Position numbers and translations under genes: made by a program
Assembly (NCBI GenBank): GCA_043753995.1
Contig: JAYUVP010000166.1
Location: 1-11,194 of the forward strand
Length of the DNA stretch: 11,194 nt
Direction: 5' to 3'
Source of the DNA: Fibrobacterota bacterium
GTDB taxonomy: Bacteria; Fibrobacterota; Fibrobacteria; UBA11236
The notes under the pieces: model-generated
What the model saw: the letters and a program-made list of their open reading frames with translations, nothing else
What the model was told of the DNA's origin: nothing
Databases searched by the model: none
In this document: piece by piece, positions 1-7,601 of the stretch
How the letters are laid out: every line of letters begins with the position of its first letter
Position numbering within the stretch: the first letter of the stretch is position 1

Positions 1-1
1 C

Positions 2-235
2 CCTTCTGGATCCGGTAAGGGAACCGATTCGGCTTCCGCACCTATTGGCTCCGTGGCACCCGTTGACACTTCGGGACCCAAAACTGCCATACCTGGACCC
101 ATCGACCACCGGCCAATCCAGGCACCTCCAGATGCACCTCCGGTCCCCTCCGTCCCAGTAGATAGTAGCGGCCCACCCGAGGGTAAGACGAAAGAAGTCT
201 TAGAGCCCAATTACGACGATGTCGACCAATATTAG
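2..235 (+). CDS. 3' end of an unidentified protein; Pro/Ser-rich low-complexity tail, truncated at the left edge of the window
   Basis: Frame 2 is open from position 2 ([26 protein letters not shown]...[10 protein letters not shown]) to TAG at 233-235, so the GTG at 53 in the track is probably internal. It overlaps the rlpA start by 17 nt. Confidence 0.65.
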   Translation, partial: PSGSGKGTDSASAPIGSVAPVDTSGPKTAIPGPIDHRPIQAPPDAPPVPSVPVDSSGPPEGKTKEVLEPNYDDVDQY

Positions 236-677
236 AGCTGGTCTCAAAATTGCGTTGGCATTGAGCCTAAGCGCTTGCGCCATTTCCGCGCCAAATGAGC
301 GCGGAGCCTATAATCGTGAAACAGGAAGCTACGATGACCGCTCACTTCGCGGTTATACGGATGCCGAAGCCTGGAAAGACTTTCAGCAAACAGGTGAAAT
401 CTCCTATTATGCCAACCGATTTGAAGGCCTGAAAACTGCCAGTGGTGAGCGCTACTCAGGCTCGGAAATGACGGCTGCTCATCGAGAATTGCCCTTTGGG
501 ACGCTAGTTAAGGTGACAAACCTTAAAAACGGCAAGAGCGTGGTCGTGCGCGTCAATGATCGCGGCCCCTTCACCCGCGGACGAGTGATGGATCTTTCCC
601 TTTCCGCCGCTAAGGAACTTGCCATGATTGGCTCCGGTACGGCGAAGGCGCGCATCGAAGTCGTCCCAACATTATAG
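219..677 (+). CDS. rlpA: RlpA-family septal ring lytic transglycosylase lipoprotein (DPBB domain only, no SPOR domain)
   Basis: Signal peptide with lipobox LSAC (Cys20). RlpA DPBB motifs [51 protein letters not shown]. Confidence 0.95.
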   Translation: MSTNIRAGLKIALALSLSACAISAPNERGAYNRETGSYDDRSLRGYTDAEAWKDFQQTGEISYYANRFEGLKTASGERYSGSEMTAAHRELPFGTLVKVTNLKNGKSVVVRVNDRGPFTRGRVMDLSLSAAKELAMIGSGTAKARIEVVPTL

Positions 678-683
678 CGGACC

Positions 684-1841
684 CTAGGCCCGCACCTTCA
701 TCTTCTGGCCTTTCCAGGTGAAGCCGCCCAGACTGCCGGCGATCACTGCCGATAAGATTAAAGGAATATGCAGCAAGGCGGCTCCGACAAAGCCTGACAT
801 CAACTCCTCGTGGCCGAACTGTTGCGCCGCCTTTCGGGTGACTCGCCAATCCGATGTGGTTTTGAAAGCGAAAAAAAACAAGGCGAAGGGGAGCAGCTTG
901 CAAAAGAAAATCCCGGCCACAAGTCCCGCTAAAATGCTGAGATAGTACAGGAAAATTAGGGATAAAAACGCCACTTGCTGCGGTTGATAATGCATGCATT
1001 TCCCCGCCCATCGCTTGCGCTGTTCCCAAAAATGCCTTGCATTGTCAGGCGGCGCCGTCATGACGGCGGACTCTCGTGAAATGGCATAGCCAATGCCCCA
1101 TTGCCCCGAAGCATGAATGCCCTGTAAGAGAAAGTCATCGTCGCCACTGACCAAATGATCGCGGTTGGCTTCAGGATTCTGACTGCCATGAGCCTCGCGA
1201 CGATAGGCGATATTGTTGGCATTGCCGCTCACCGGAAAACCCAAGCCCACCAGGGCTGCGGAGACAAAGGCATAGGACGCGAATTCGAGAGCCATGACTT
1301 TATCCCACATGCCAGCCGTGGACGGCAAGCGATAGGTGGTGAGACCTAAAACCAAGCCGGTCTTGCTGTCGAAGGCTGCGGCCAACTCCTTGAGCCAAAG
1401 CGGCCCCATCAAACAATCGGCGTCGGTGGTCACCAAGATTTCGCCCTTAGCTTGCCCTAAGGCCAACGAGAGGGCGTGCTTTTTCGGGCTAATTCCTGGT
1501 GGTTTATGAGTCACCTGCAAAGCATGGTGGCGTTCGACATCGCGCTTAGCCCACTCCTGCAAGACCCCCCAGGTGCGATCTTGGGAGCGATCGTCCACAA
1601 TCCAAATGTCAAAACGGTCGCGAGGATAGCTTTGGCGCTCCAAAGCCTCCAATAAACTGGGCAATTGGGACTCTTCATCGCGAGCCGCAATTAAAATTGA
1701 CAGCCTGGGAATGGGGGTGGGTAGGGAAGGTTTTCGACCTTGAAGTTGGCTTAATCCCTTCAATAACAAGGTTGAGAGCCAAAAATAGAGCAGGCTAACC
1801 AGGGTCATCAGGCCAATCCAGGCCAGGGAATAAATTGACAT
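684..1841 (-). CDS. Family 2 membrane glycosyltransferase (D,D,D,QxxRW type)
   Basis: N-terminal TM helix, ILIAARDEE, IVDDRSQD, KKHAL, TTDADC (DxD), SGDDDFLL, EQRKRW (QxxRW), C-terminal TM helices ending FTWKG. Confidence 0.93.
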   Translation of the reverse strand: MSIYSLAWIGLMTLVSLLYFWLSTLLLKGLSQLQGRKPSLPTPIPRLSILIAARDEESQLPSLLEALERQSYPRDRFDIWIVDDRSQDRTWGVLQEWAKRDVERHHALQVTHKPPGISPKKHALSLALGQAKGEILVTTDADCLMGPLWLKELAAAFDSKTGLVLGLTTYRLPSTAGMWDKVMALEFASYAFVSAALVGLGFPVSGNANNIAYRREAHGSQNPEANRDHLVSGDDDFLLQGIHASGQWGIGYAISRESAVMTAPPDNARHFWEQRKRWAGKCMHYQPQQVAFLSLIFLYYLSILAGLVAGIFFCKLLPFALFFFAFKTTSDWRVTRKAAQQFGHEELMSGFVGAALLHIPLILSAVIAGSLGGFTWKGQKMKVRA

Positions 1842-1864
1842 GGGTTTTCTTACCGACCTAAGTT
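1835..1864 (+). promoter_or_regulatory. Putative sigma70 promoter of the yceD-rpmF-plsX-fab operon
   Basis: Perfect TTGACA at 1835-1840, 18-bp spacer, TAAGTT (TAnnnT) at 1859-1864, just upstream of yceD. Confidence 0.6.
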
Positions 1865-1873
1865 TCCCGCGAC

Positions 1874-2428
1874 TTGATACTCACGATTGATACTCTCGAA
1901 AAAGAGCCTACCGAGAAGGCTCTAGCCAGTGACGCCGAAGATTTAGCTGAGCTTTTTGAGCTTGGCTGCACCGGCAAGGTGAAAGCCGCGGCCCAAGTCC
2001 ATTCCATGGGCGTCTCGATTTTGGTGAATTTAAAGGTCGAGGGCACCATAACCCTCGAATGTGGTCGCTGTTGCGATCCCCTGACCGGTGCCTTTACCTT
2101 GCCTATGCGACTTTTAATTGAAAAGCGCGATGAGGCCGGTTTGGAATGGATAGACGAGCAAAACCAAGGGGTTAACGAATACGTCGTGCGCATGGGACCC
2201 GATGTTTTGGAAATTCCTTTGGAACACTTAATTGCTGAACAGATCATCCTGAATTATAATTTGCACCCTCTTCCGACCCTGGACGAGAAAAATTGTTGCC
2301 TACAGTGCGGCCGTACTCAAAAAACGGAAATCCGCATGGATAGAGGTCCGAATCCGGATCCAAGATGGGACAAGCTCAAATCTTTGAAATCGCCGGGAAG
2401 GTCCCGGGATGCCAAGGACGCCACCTAG
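1874..2428 (+). CDS. yceD: YceD/DUF177 family protein (23S rRNA accumulation)
   Basis: LECGRCCDP, C-terminal CLQCG and DPRWDKLKSLK. Canonical position directly upstream of rpmF. The TTG start is uncertain. Confidence 0.9.
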   Translation: MILTIDTLEKEPTEKALASDAEDLAELFELGCTGKVKAAAQVHSMGVSILVNLKVEGTITLECGRCCDPLTGAFTLPMRLLIEKRDEAGLEWIDEQNQGVNEYVVRMGPDVLEIPLEHLIAEQIILNYNLHPLPTLDEKNCCLQCGRTQKTEIRMDRGPNPDPRWDKLKSLKSPGRSRDAKDAT

Positions 2429-2459
2429 GGTTAGGCAAGGTTGATCTTCGGAGATAAAA

Positions 2460-2639
2460 ATGGCGGTTCCTAAACGAAAATCCTCGACCACGCGCCGTGA
2501 CAAGCGCAAGACCCATTGGAAGTTGGCCGTTCCGGCCATGTCCAAGTGCTCGCATTGCGGTCAAGTCAAAATGGCGCACAAGGTCTGTTCCAATTGCGGC
2601 TATTATGCCGGAGTGGAAGTCCGTCAGCCAGCAGAATAA
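2460..2639 (+). CDS. rpmF: 50S ribosomal protein bL32, zinc-ribbon (C+) form, 59 aa
   Basis: Manual translation: [66 protein letters not shown] at 2450-2454. Lies between yceD and plsX; absent from the track, presumably because it is under 60 aa. Confidence 0.98.
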   Translation: MAVPKRKSSTTRRDKRKTHWKLAVPAMSKCSHCGQVKMAHKVCSNCGYYAGVEVRQPAE

Positions 2640-2648
2640 ACGAGACAC

Positions 2649-3611
2649 ATGATTCGAGTAGCTCTCGACGCCATGGGGGGAGATTATGCTCCCTCCGCTG
2701 TGGTGGAAGGTGCCGTTTTGGCTGCGAAAGCAGCCCAAGGCCGATACGAAATTTTGCTTTGCGGTCCCAAAGGCGATCTACAGTCGTTGATTTCAGGCTT
2801 TGGGTATAGCGGACAAGGCATGGAGCTGGTTGAGGCTCCTGACATTGTTGCCATGGATGAGTCACCGACTTCGGTACTCAAGACCAAGCCTAATTCGGGC
2901 CTGGTCACTTGCGTGGCTTTGCAAAAAGCGGGCAAGGCTCAGGCGAGTCTCAGCGCTGGCAATTCTGGCGCCATGATGGCGGCTTGCCTCATGATTTTAG
3001 GCCGCGTCGGCAATATCCCCCGTCCTGCCATCGCCACGGTTATGCCGGGCCTTGGTCGCAAATGGGTGCTTTGCGATGCCGGAGCCAATGTCGATGAAAA
3101 GGCGACGACCCTTCTTTCCTTTGGTATAAGCGGCAGCATCTATGCCGAGCATATTCTTGGCCGAGCCAATCCCAAGGTCGGTTTATTGAATATCGGCGAA
3201 GAAGAAAAAAAGGGTCCCGAAGTACTGCAAGAGGCGCATCAGCTCTTAAAGCAGGCCCCTATCAATTTCATCGGCAATGTCGAAGGTCGTGATTTGCTGC
3301 AAGGCGAAGTCGATGTCGTGGTCGCTCCAGGTTATGCGGGCAATATTGTCCTCAAGCTCATGGAAGGCTTTCACGAATACTTCCTTCATCTTTTCGGTGA
3401 ACTCGACACGCCAGCCGCCAGGCAATTCAAAAGCGACTGGGACTATGCCAATTTCGGCGGGGCCATGCTTTTAGGATTGAATGGCACGGGTATCATTACC
3501 CATGGCCGTGCCAATGCCCGCGCTATTCAAAATGGCGTTGAATTGGCTTATCGCTTTGCCGAAGCGAAAATCGCCGCTACCATTTCCCAGAAATTGGCCT
3601 CCCCGGCCTGA
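2649..3611 (+). CDS. plsX: Phosphate acyltransferase PlsX
   Basis: VALDAMGGDYAP, SAGNSGA, RPAIA, DAGANVD, VGLLNIGEEEKKG, NFIGNVEGRD, GGAMLLGLNG, THGRA. Confidence 0.97.
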   Translation: MIRVALDAMGGDYAPSAVVEGAVLAAKAAQGRYEILLCGPKGDLQSLISGFGYSGQGMELVEAPDIVAMDESPTSVLKTKPNSGLVTCVALQKAGKAQASLSAGNSGAMMAACLMILGRVGNIPRPAIATVMPGLGRKWVLCDAGANVDEKATTLLSFGISGSIYAEHILGRANPKVGLLNIGEEEKKGPEVLQEAHQLLKQAPINFIGNVEGRDLLQGEVDVVVAPGYAGNIVLKLMEGFHEYFLHLFGELDTPAARQFKSDWDYANFGGAMLLGLNGTGIITHGRANARAIQNGVELAYRFAEAKIAATISQKLASPA

Positions 3612-3621
3612 GTCCCGATTC

Positions 3622-4578
3622 ATGGGGACAATATTCCGCGGCTTGGGCGTCGAAGTTCCCGACACCAAGCTCACCAATGCCGATTTGGAAAAAATCGTAG
3701 CGACTACCGACGAGTGGATCACCTCCCGCACCGGAATTCGCGAACGCCGTATTTTGCCCAAGGATTCTCCGTTGCAAGCGTCCGACTTGGGTGTAGCGGC
3801 AGCGAAAAAAGCGTTGGCTCAAGCCGGCCTCGACCCTCTCGAAATCGATGCCATCCTAGTCGGTAATATTGTACCAGACAAGCAATTTCCTGCCACCGCC
3901 TGCATCATTCAAGACAAATTGGGCGCGCGCAATGCCTTTGCCATGGACTTGACCGCCGCCTGCGCCGGTTTTGTCTTTGGGGTGAATCTTGCCGATCTAA
4001 TGATCAAACAAGGCCAATGCCGAAATGTTTTGGTCATAGGGTCCGAAATCCTTTCGCGCGTCGTCGACTGGACCGATCGCAATACCTGCGTGCTTTTCGG
4101 CGATGGCGCAGGCGCAGCCGTGCTAAGTCGCGGCCCCGAAGGGCGCGGCATTTTGGGCTCGCAGCTCCATAGCGACGGACGACATGCCGACATTCTTTTC
4201 CTGGATTCCTTGGTCGGCCAAGATGGCAAGCAAGGCATGCGGATGGACGGCAAACAGGTTTTCAAACTTGCCGTCACCGAAGTTTCCCATGTCGTCGAAA
4301 ACACCCTCAAGACCTTTGGCCATGTTCCCGCCGACATCGACCTCCTAATTTTGCATCAAGCCAATGTCCGCATCCTGCAAGCCATCGGTGACAAGCTCGG
4401 TCTCCCACCCGAAAAAGTCATGATCAATGTCGACCGCTACGGCAACACTTCGTCAGCCTCTATCCCAATAGCCATGGCCGAAGCCCAAGAAAAAGGCCTC
4501 CTCCGCGACGGCTCCCTCGTCGTCCTCGCCGCCGTCGGCGGCGGCATGTCCTGGGGCTGCAACATCCTCCGCTGGTGA
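3622..4578 (+). CDS. fabH: Beta-ketoacyl-ACP synthase III (318 aa from ATG 3622)
   Basis: TTDEWITSRTGIRERR; catalytic triad motifs AACAGF, ILHQAN, YGNTSSAS; LFGDGAGA. Start moved from 3481 to 3622 because the upstream part overlaps plsX. Confidence 0.97.
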   Translation: MGTIFRGLGVEVPDTKLTNADLEKIVATTDEWITSRTGIRERRILPKDSPLQASDLGVAAAKKALAQAGLDPLEIDAILVGNIVPDKQFPATACIIQDKLGARNAFAMDLTAACAGFVFGVNLADLMIKQGQCRNVLVIGSEILSRVVDWTDRNTCVLFGDGAGAAVLSRGPEGRGILGSQLHSDGRHADILFLDSLVGQDGKQGMRMDGKQVFKLAVTEVSHVVENTLKTFGHVPADIDLLILHQANVRILQAIGDKLGLPPEKVMINVDRYGNTSSASIPIAMAEAQEKGLLRDGSLVVLAAVGGGMSWGCNILRW

Positions 4579-4630
4579 CCCCCAATTTTCAACCATGTCC
4601 AATCTGATTCGTGTGCATGTTCGGGCTTCA

Positions 4631-4665
4631 CTTTTAACTTTTAACTTTCCCCTTTTTACTTGAAC
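4631..4665 (+). repeat. Degenerate 7-bp tandem repeat (CTTTTAA CTTTTAA CTTTCCC CTTTTTA CTTGAAC)
   Basis: Five consecutive 7-nt units each begin with CTT and the first two are identical; located in the fabH-fabD spacer. Confidence 0.55.
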
Positions 4666-4676
4666 CCGGATTCCCC

Positions 4677-5588
4677 GTGAGCAAACGCATTCTGCTTTTC
4701 CCTGGTCAAGGTTCTCAATATCTCGGCATGGGCCGCAAGCTCAGTGAATCCTATGCCCCGGCCAAGGCTCTGCTGCAAAACGCGAATGACATTCTCGGCT
4801 TCGACTTGGGCAAGCTCATGTTTGAAGGCCCCGAAGATCAATTGACGGCCACGCAAAACACCCAGCCAGCTTTGTTCACGGTTTCCATGATGGCGTGGGA
4901 GTGGTTGAAAGAACGCAAACTTCCTTTTGATTATGTCGCTGGCCATTCCCTGGGAGAGTATTCCGCGCTATGCGCTGCGGGCGTATTCGGTTTTGCCGAA
5001 GGCCTGCGCCTCGTGCGTCTGCGCGGCGAATTGATGGCTGGCGCGGGAGCCCAACAACCCGGAGCCATGGCCGCCATTTTGGGTCTCGAAAAAGAAAAAC
5101 TCGATCCGGTTTTGGCTGAAGCCTCGAAGCAAGGCATGGTGGTTGCCGCCAATTTCAATAGCCTTAATCAAATTGTGATCTCCGGATCGGTAGCTGGAAT
5201 TGAAGCTGCTTTGCCCTTGGCCGAAGCGGCCGGAGCTAAACGCGTCGTGCGTTTGCCCGTCAGCGGAGCCTTTCATTCGCCACTCATGGAATTCGCCATA
5301 CCTGGGCTCAAGGACGGCTTGACCAAGGTGGCCTTTCAAAAGCCGCTTGTCCCCGTGATCACCAATGTCGAGGCCACGCCGCAAAGCGAAGCTTCGCAAT
5401 TCTCTGGCTTGCTTTTGCGGCAACTCACTTCGCCAGTGCGTTGGGTCGAGTCCATGCAGGCGGCTCACGCTCAAGGCGTGACCGAAGCCCTGGAAGTCGG
5501 CGCCGGCAAGGTTCTCATGGGTCTGGTGCGTGGCATCACCCGTGACATCAAGGTGACTCCCGTTGAAAATCCAGAAGACCTAGCTTGA
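4677..5588 (+). CDS. fabD: Malonyl-CoA:ACP transacylase
   Basis: LFPGQGSQ, TQNTQPAL, GHSLGEYSAL (catalytic Ser), LPVSGAFHSPLM, QLTSPVRW. GTG start. Confidence 0.97.
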   Translation: MSKRILLFPGQGSQYLGMGRKLSESYAPAKALLQNANDILGFDLGKLMFEGPEDQLTATQNTQPALFTVSMMAWEWLKERKLPFDYVAGHSLGEYSALCAAGVFGFAEGLRLVRLRGELMAGAGAQQPGAMAAILGLEKEKLDPVLAEASKQGMVVAANFNSLNQIVISGSVAGIEAALPLAEAAGAKRVVRLPVSGAFHSPLMEFAIPGLKDGLTKVAFQKPLVPVITNVEATPQSEASQFSGLLLRQLTSPVRWVESMQAAHAQGVTEALEVGAGKVLMGLVRGITRDIKVTPVENPEDLA

Positions 5589-5642
5589 TTCGATTTCCCT
5601 TTTTCATGTCGGCCCGTCCGGCCCTGAAGCCAGGAGCATAGC

Positions 5643-6398
5643 ATGTCGAATTTTCTCTCCCTGCAAGGTCAAACCGCCGTTGTCACGGGCGCAAGTCGCG
5701 GGCTCGGTTATGCCATGGCCTTGCAATTGGCGAAGCAAGGCGCTGCCGTGCACGTCGTGGCTCGCGGTTTGGATGGCGCGCAAGCCGCCGCCGAGAAAAT
5801 CAAGGCTGAAACTGGCTCGGCGACCTATGCCCACAGCGCCGACATCGGCGATTCTGCCGCCGTCATGGCCTTGACCGACGCGGTTCTTAAGCAAACGCCC
5901 GCCGTGGAAATCCTGGTCAATAATGCCGGTATTACCCGCGATGGCTTGCTCATGCGCATGAAGGACGAAGACTTCGACGAAGTCCTGCGCATCAATCTCA
6001 AATCCGTTTTTTTGCTGTCCCGTGCTTTTTTGAAGCCTATGCTCAAGCAGCGCTATGGCCGCGTCATCAATATCACCTCCATCGTCGGCGTGCATGGACA
6101 GGCCGGTCAGGCTAATTATGCGGCTTCGAAGGCGGGCATTATTGGCTTTACCAAGAGCTATGCCAAGGAAGTGGCCACGCGCAATATCACCAGCAATGCG
6201 GTGGCGCCAGGTTTTATCGAAAGCGACATGACCAGCGCTTTGAATGAAGATCAGAAAAAGACCATACTCGGTGAAATTCCCGCGGGTCGTATGGGTAAGG
6301 CCGAGGAGGTTGCCGCCTTGGTGACCTATTTGGCCTCGCGTGAGTCGGCCTATGTCACTGGCCAAGTCTTTTCTATAGACGGCGGTATGGGTATTTGA
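5643..6398 (+). CDS. fabG: 3-oxoacyl-ACP reductase
   Basis: VTGASRGLG, LVNNAGITRDGLLMRM, GQANYAASKAG (YxxxK), VAPGFI. SD AGGAG at 5631-5635. Confidence 0.97.
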   Translation: MSNFLSLQGQTAVVTGASRGLGYAMALQLAKQGAAVHVVARGLDGAQAAAEKIKAETGSATYAHSADIGDSAAVMALTDAVLKQTPAVEILVNNAGITRDGLLMRMKDEDFDEVLRINLKSVFLLSRAFLKPMLKQRYGRVINITSIVGVHGQAGQANYAASKAGIIGFTKSYAKEVATRNITSNAVAPGFIESDMTSALNEDQKKTILGEIPAGRMGKAEEVAALVTYLASRESAYVTGQVFSIDGGMGI

Positions 6399-6474
6399 AC
6401 CCATTTCAGACCCTTTTTTCGCTAAATTGCAGGAAAAACGCATCGGAAGTCAGCCCTTTCGGTACGCCTGGGAT

Positions 6475-6484
6475 TATATTTCCC
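6475..6484 (+). promoter_or_regulatory. Possible -10 element of an internal acpP promoter
   Basis: TATATT followed by TCCC, about 25 nt before the acpP ATG, in a 107-bp spacer. No recognisable -35. Confidence 0.35.
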
Positions 6485-6505
6485 CAACCCCACAAGGAGA
6501 TTTGA

Positions 6506-6742
6506 ATGTCCGAGGACATCAAGCAAAAGATTGCCAAGGTGATTGTCGAGAAGCTCGGCGTTACTGAAGATCAAGTCAAACCAGAAGCCTCCTTCATCGA
6601 TGATTTGGGCGCAGACTCACTCGATACGGTGGAGCTTGTCATGGCTCTGGAAGACGAATTCGACATCGAGATTCCCGATGAGGAAGCCGAAAAGTTGAAG
6701 AAGGTCAAAGACGTCATCGACTACGTGACTTCCAAAGCCTAG
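6506..6742 (+). CDS. acpP: Acyl carrier protein
   Basis: [21 protein letters not shown] (phosphopantetheine Ser38). Strong SD AAGGAG at 6494-6499. Confidence 0.98.
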   Translation: MSEDIKQKIAKVIVEKLGVTEDQVKPEASFIDDLGADSLDTVELVMALEDEFDIEIPDEEAEKLKKVKDVIDYVTSKA

Positions 6743-6751
6743 GCCATGAGT

Positions 6752-6812
6752 GCGGCCGGATTTCATGCCGGCCGCCGGCACTTGACGCCTCGATGGAAAT
6801 CGAGGCTTGTCA
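6752..6812 (+). promoter_or_regulatory. Two tandem stem-loops between acpP and rnc (mRNA stabiliser, attenuator or RNase III site)
   Basis: GCGGCCGG-atttcatg-CCGGCCGC (6752-6775) and TGAC-GCCTCGAT-ggaa-ATCGAGGC-tt-GTCA (6783-6812). No long U tract follows. Confidence 0.65.
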
Positions 6813-6819
6813 TCGCGAC

Positions 6820-7593
6820 ATGATTCTCGATCTGGTCAGACGGTTTTTCCGTCGTCAATCCGTTCCTGCGGAGTCTGCCGAATCGGCCAAATTGGCTCCT
6901 CTGGAGTCCATTTTGGGTTATCAGTTTAAGCAAATCAGCCTGCTTGCCAAAGCCCTTTCGCATCGCAGCTGGGTCAACAGCCTCAAAGCCGATATTAAGC
7001 CCGAGTCGAATGAAAGACTTGAGTTTTTGGGCGATTCTATACTCAACGCCATTATCACCGATCACTTGTATCACACCCATCCCACTAGGGAAGAGGGCGT
7101 GCTTTCCAAAATGAAATCCCTGGTGGTATCCGCCAAGGTTTTGGCGCTTTGCGCTGAAAGTTGGAAGCTTGGCGATTTCGTTTTCTTAAGTCGTTCCGAA
7201 GAAAAAGCAGGTGGTCGCAGTCGACCCAGTATTTTGGCCGATGCTTATGAGGCTGTTTTAGGAGCGGTATATCTTGATGGTGGCATAGAAGCGGCTCGGA
7301 CCCTGATACATAAGAGCTTGGTGACCCGTCTCAATGAAGTCCTAGAGGACGACGATCTCGCCAATTATAAAAGTCAATTGCTCGAATACACTCAAAGCCG
7401 TGGACTCGGAGTTCCGGCCTATGACGTGCTGGAAGAAACCGGCCCCGAGCATGCGAAAAATTTCGTCGTCGGTGTCTTCGTTCAGAATCGCGAATGGGGA
7501 AGAGGCCGGGGCACTTCTAAGAAAAGCGCCGAACAGGCTGGGGCCCGCGCGGCGCTGGCGGAACACGGCGAGCAACAGTCAGGCTCGCGCTGA
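6820..7593 (+). CDS. rnc: Ribonuclease III
   Basis: ALSHRS, signature NERLEFLGDS, ADAYEAVLGAVYLDGG, dsRBD (NYKSQLLEYTQ...GPEHAKNF...GTSKKSAEQ). The start is either ATG 6820 (preferred) or ATG 6793, which lies inside the second hairpin. Confidence 0.96.
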   Translation: MILDLVRRFFRRQSVPAESAESAKLAPLESILGYQFKQISLLAKALSHRSWVNSLKADIKPESNERLEFLGDSILNAIITDHLYHTHPTREEGVLSKMKSLVVSAKVLALCAESWKLGDFVFLSRSEEKAGGRSRPSILADAYEAVLGAVYLDGGIEAARTLIHKSLVTRLNEVLEDDDLANYKSQLLEYTQSRGLGVPAYDVLEETGPEHAKNFVVGVFVQNREWGRGRGTSKKSAEQAGARAALAEHGEQQSGSR

Positions 7594-7601
7594 AGCGAGC
7601 C

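Noticed and set aside
2441..2457. Small hairpin ATCT-tcgg-AGAT covering the rpmF SD
   Set aside because: Only a 4-bp core stem; too weak to call a ribosomal-protein leader without covariation data.
2516..2809. 97-aa + strand ORF and the nearby minus-strand ORFs (2300-2865)
   Set aside because: Off-frame or antisense to rpmF and plsX, which fully explain the region.
3481..3621. 47-aa N-terminal extension of FabH in the ORF track
   Set aside because: It overlaps the plsX 3' end; FabH similarity begins at ATG 3622.
6415..6438. Imperfect inverted repeat TTTTTC...GAAAAA between fabG and acpP
   Set aside because: Low-complexity arms with an interrupted stem; not a convincing terminator or operator.
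5604..6443. 279-aa antisense ORF spanning fabG
   Set aside because: Antisense shadow frames are common over SDR genes with biased codon usage; it has no recognisable motifs and fully overlaps a confident gene.
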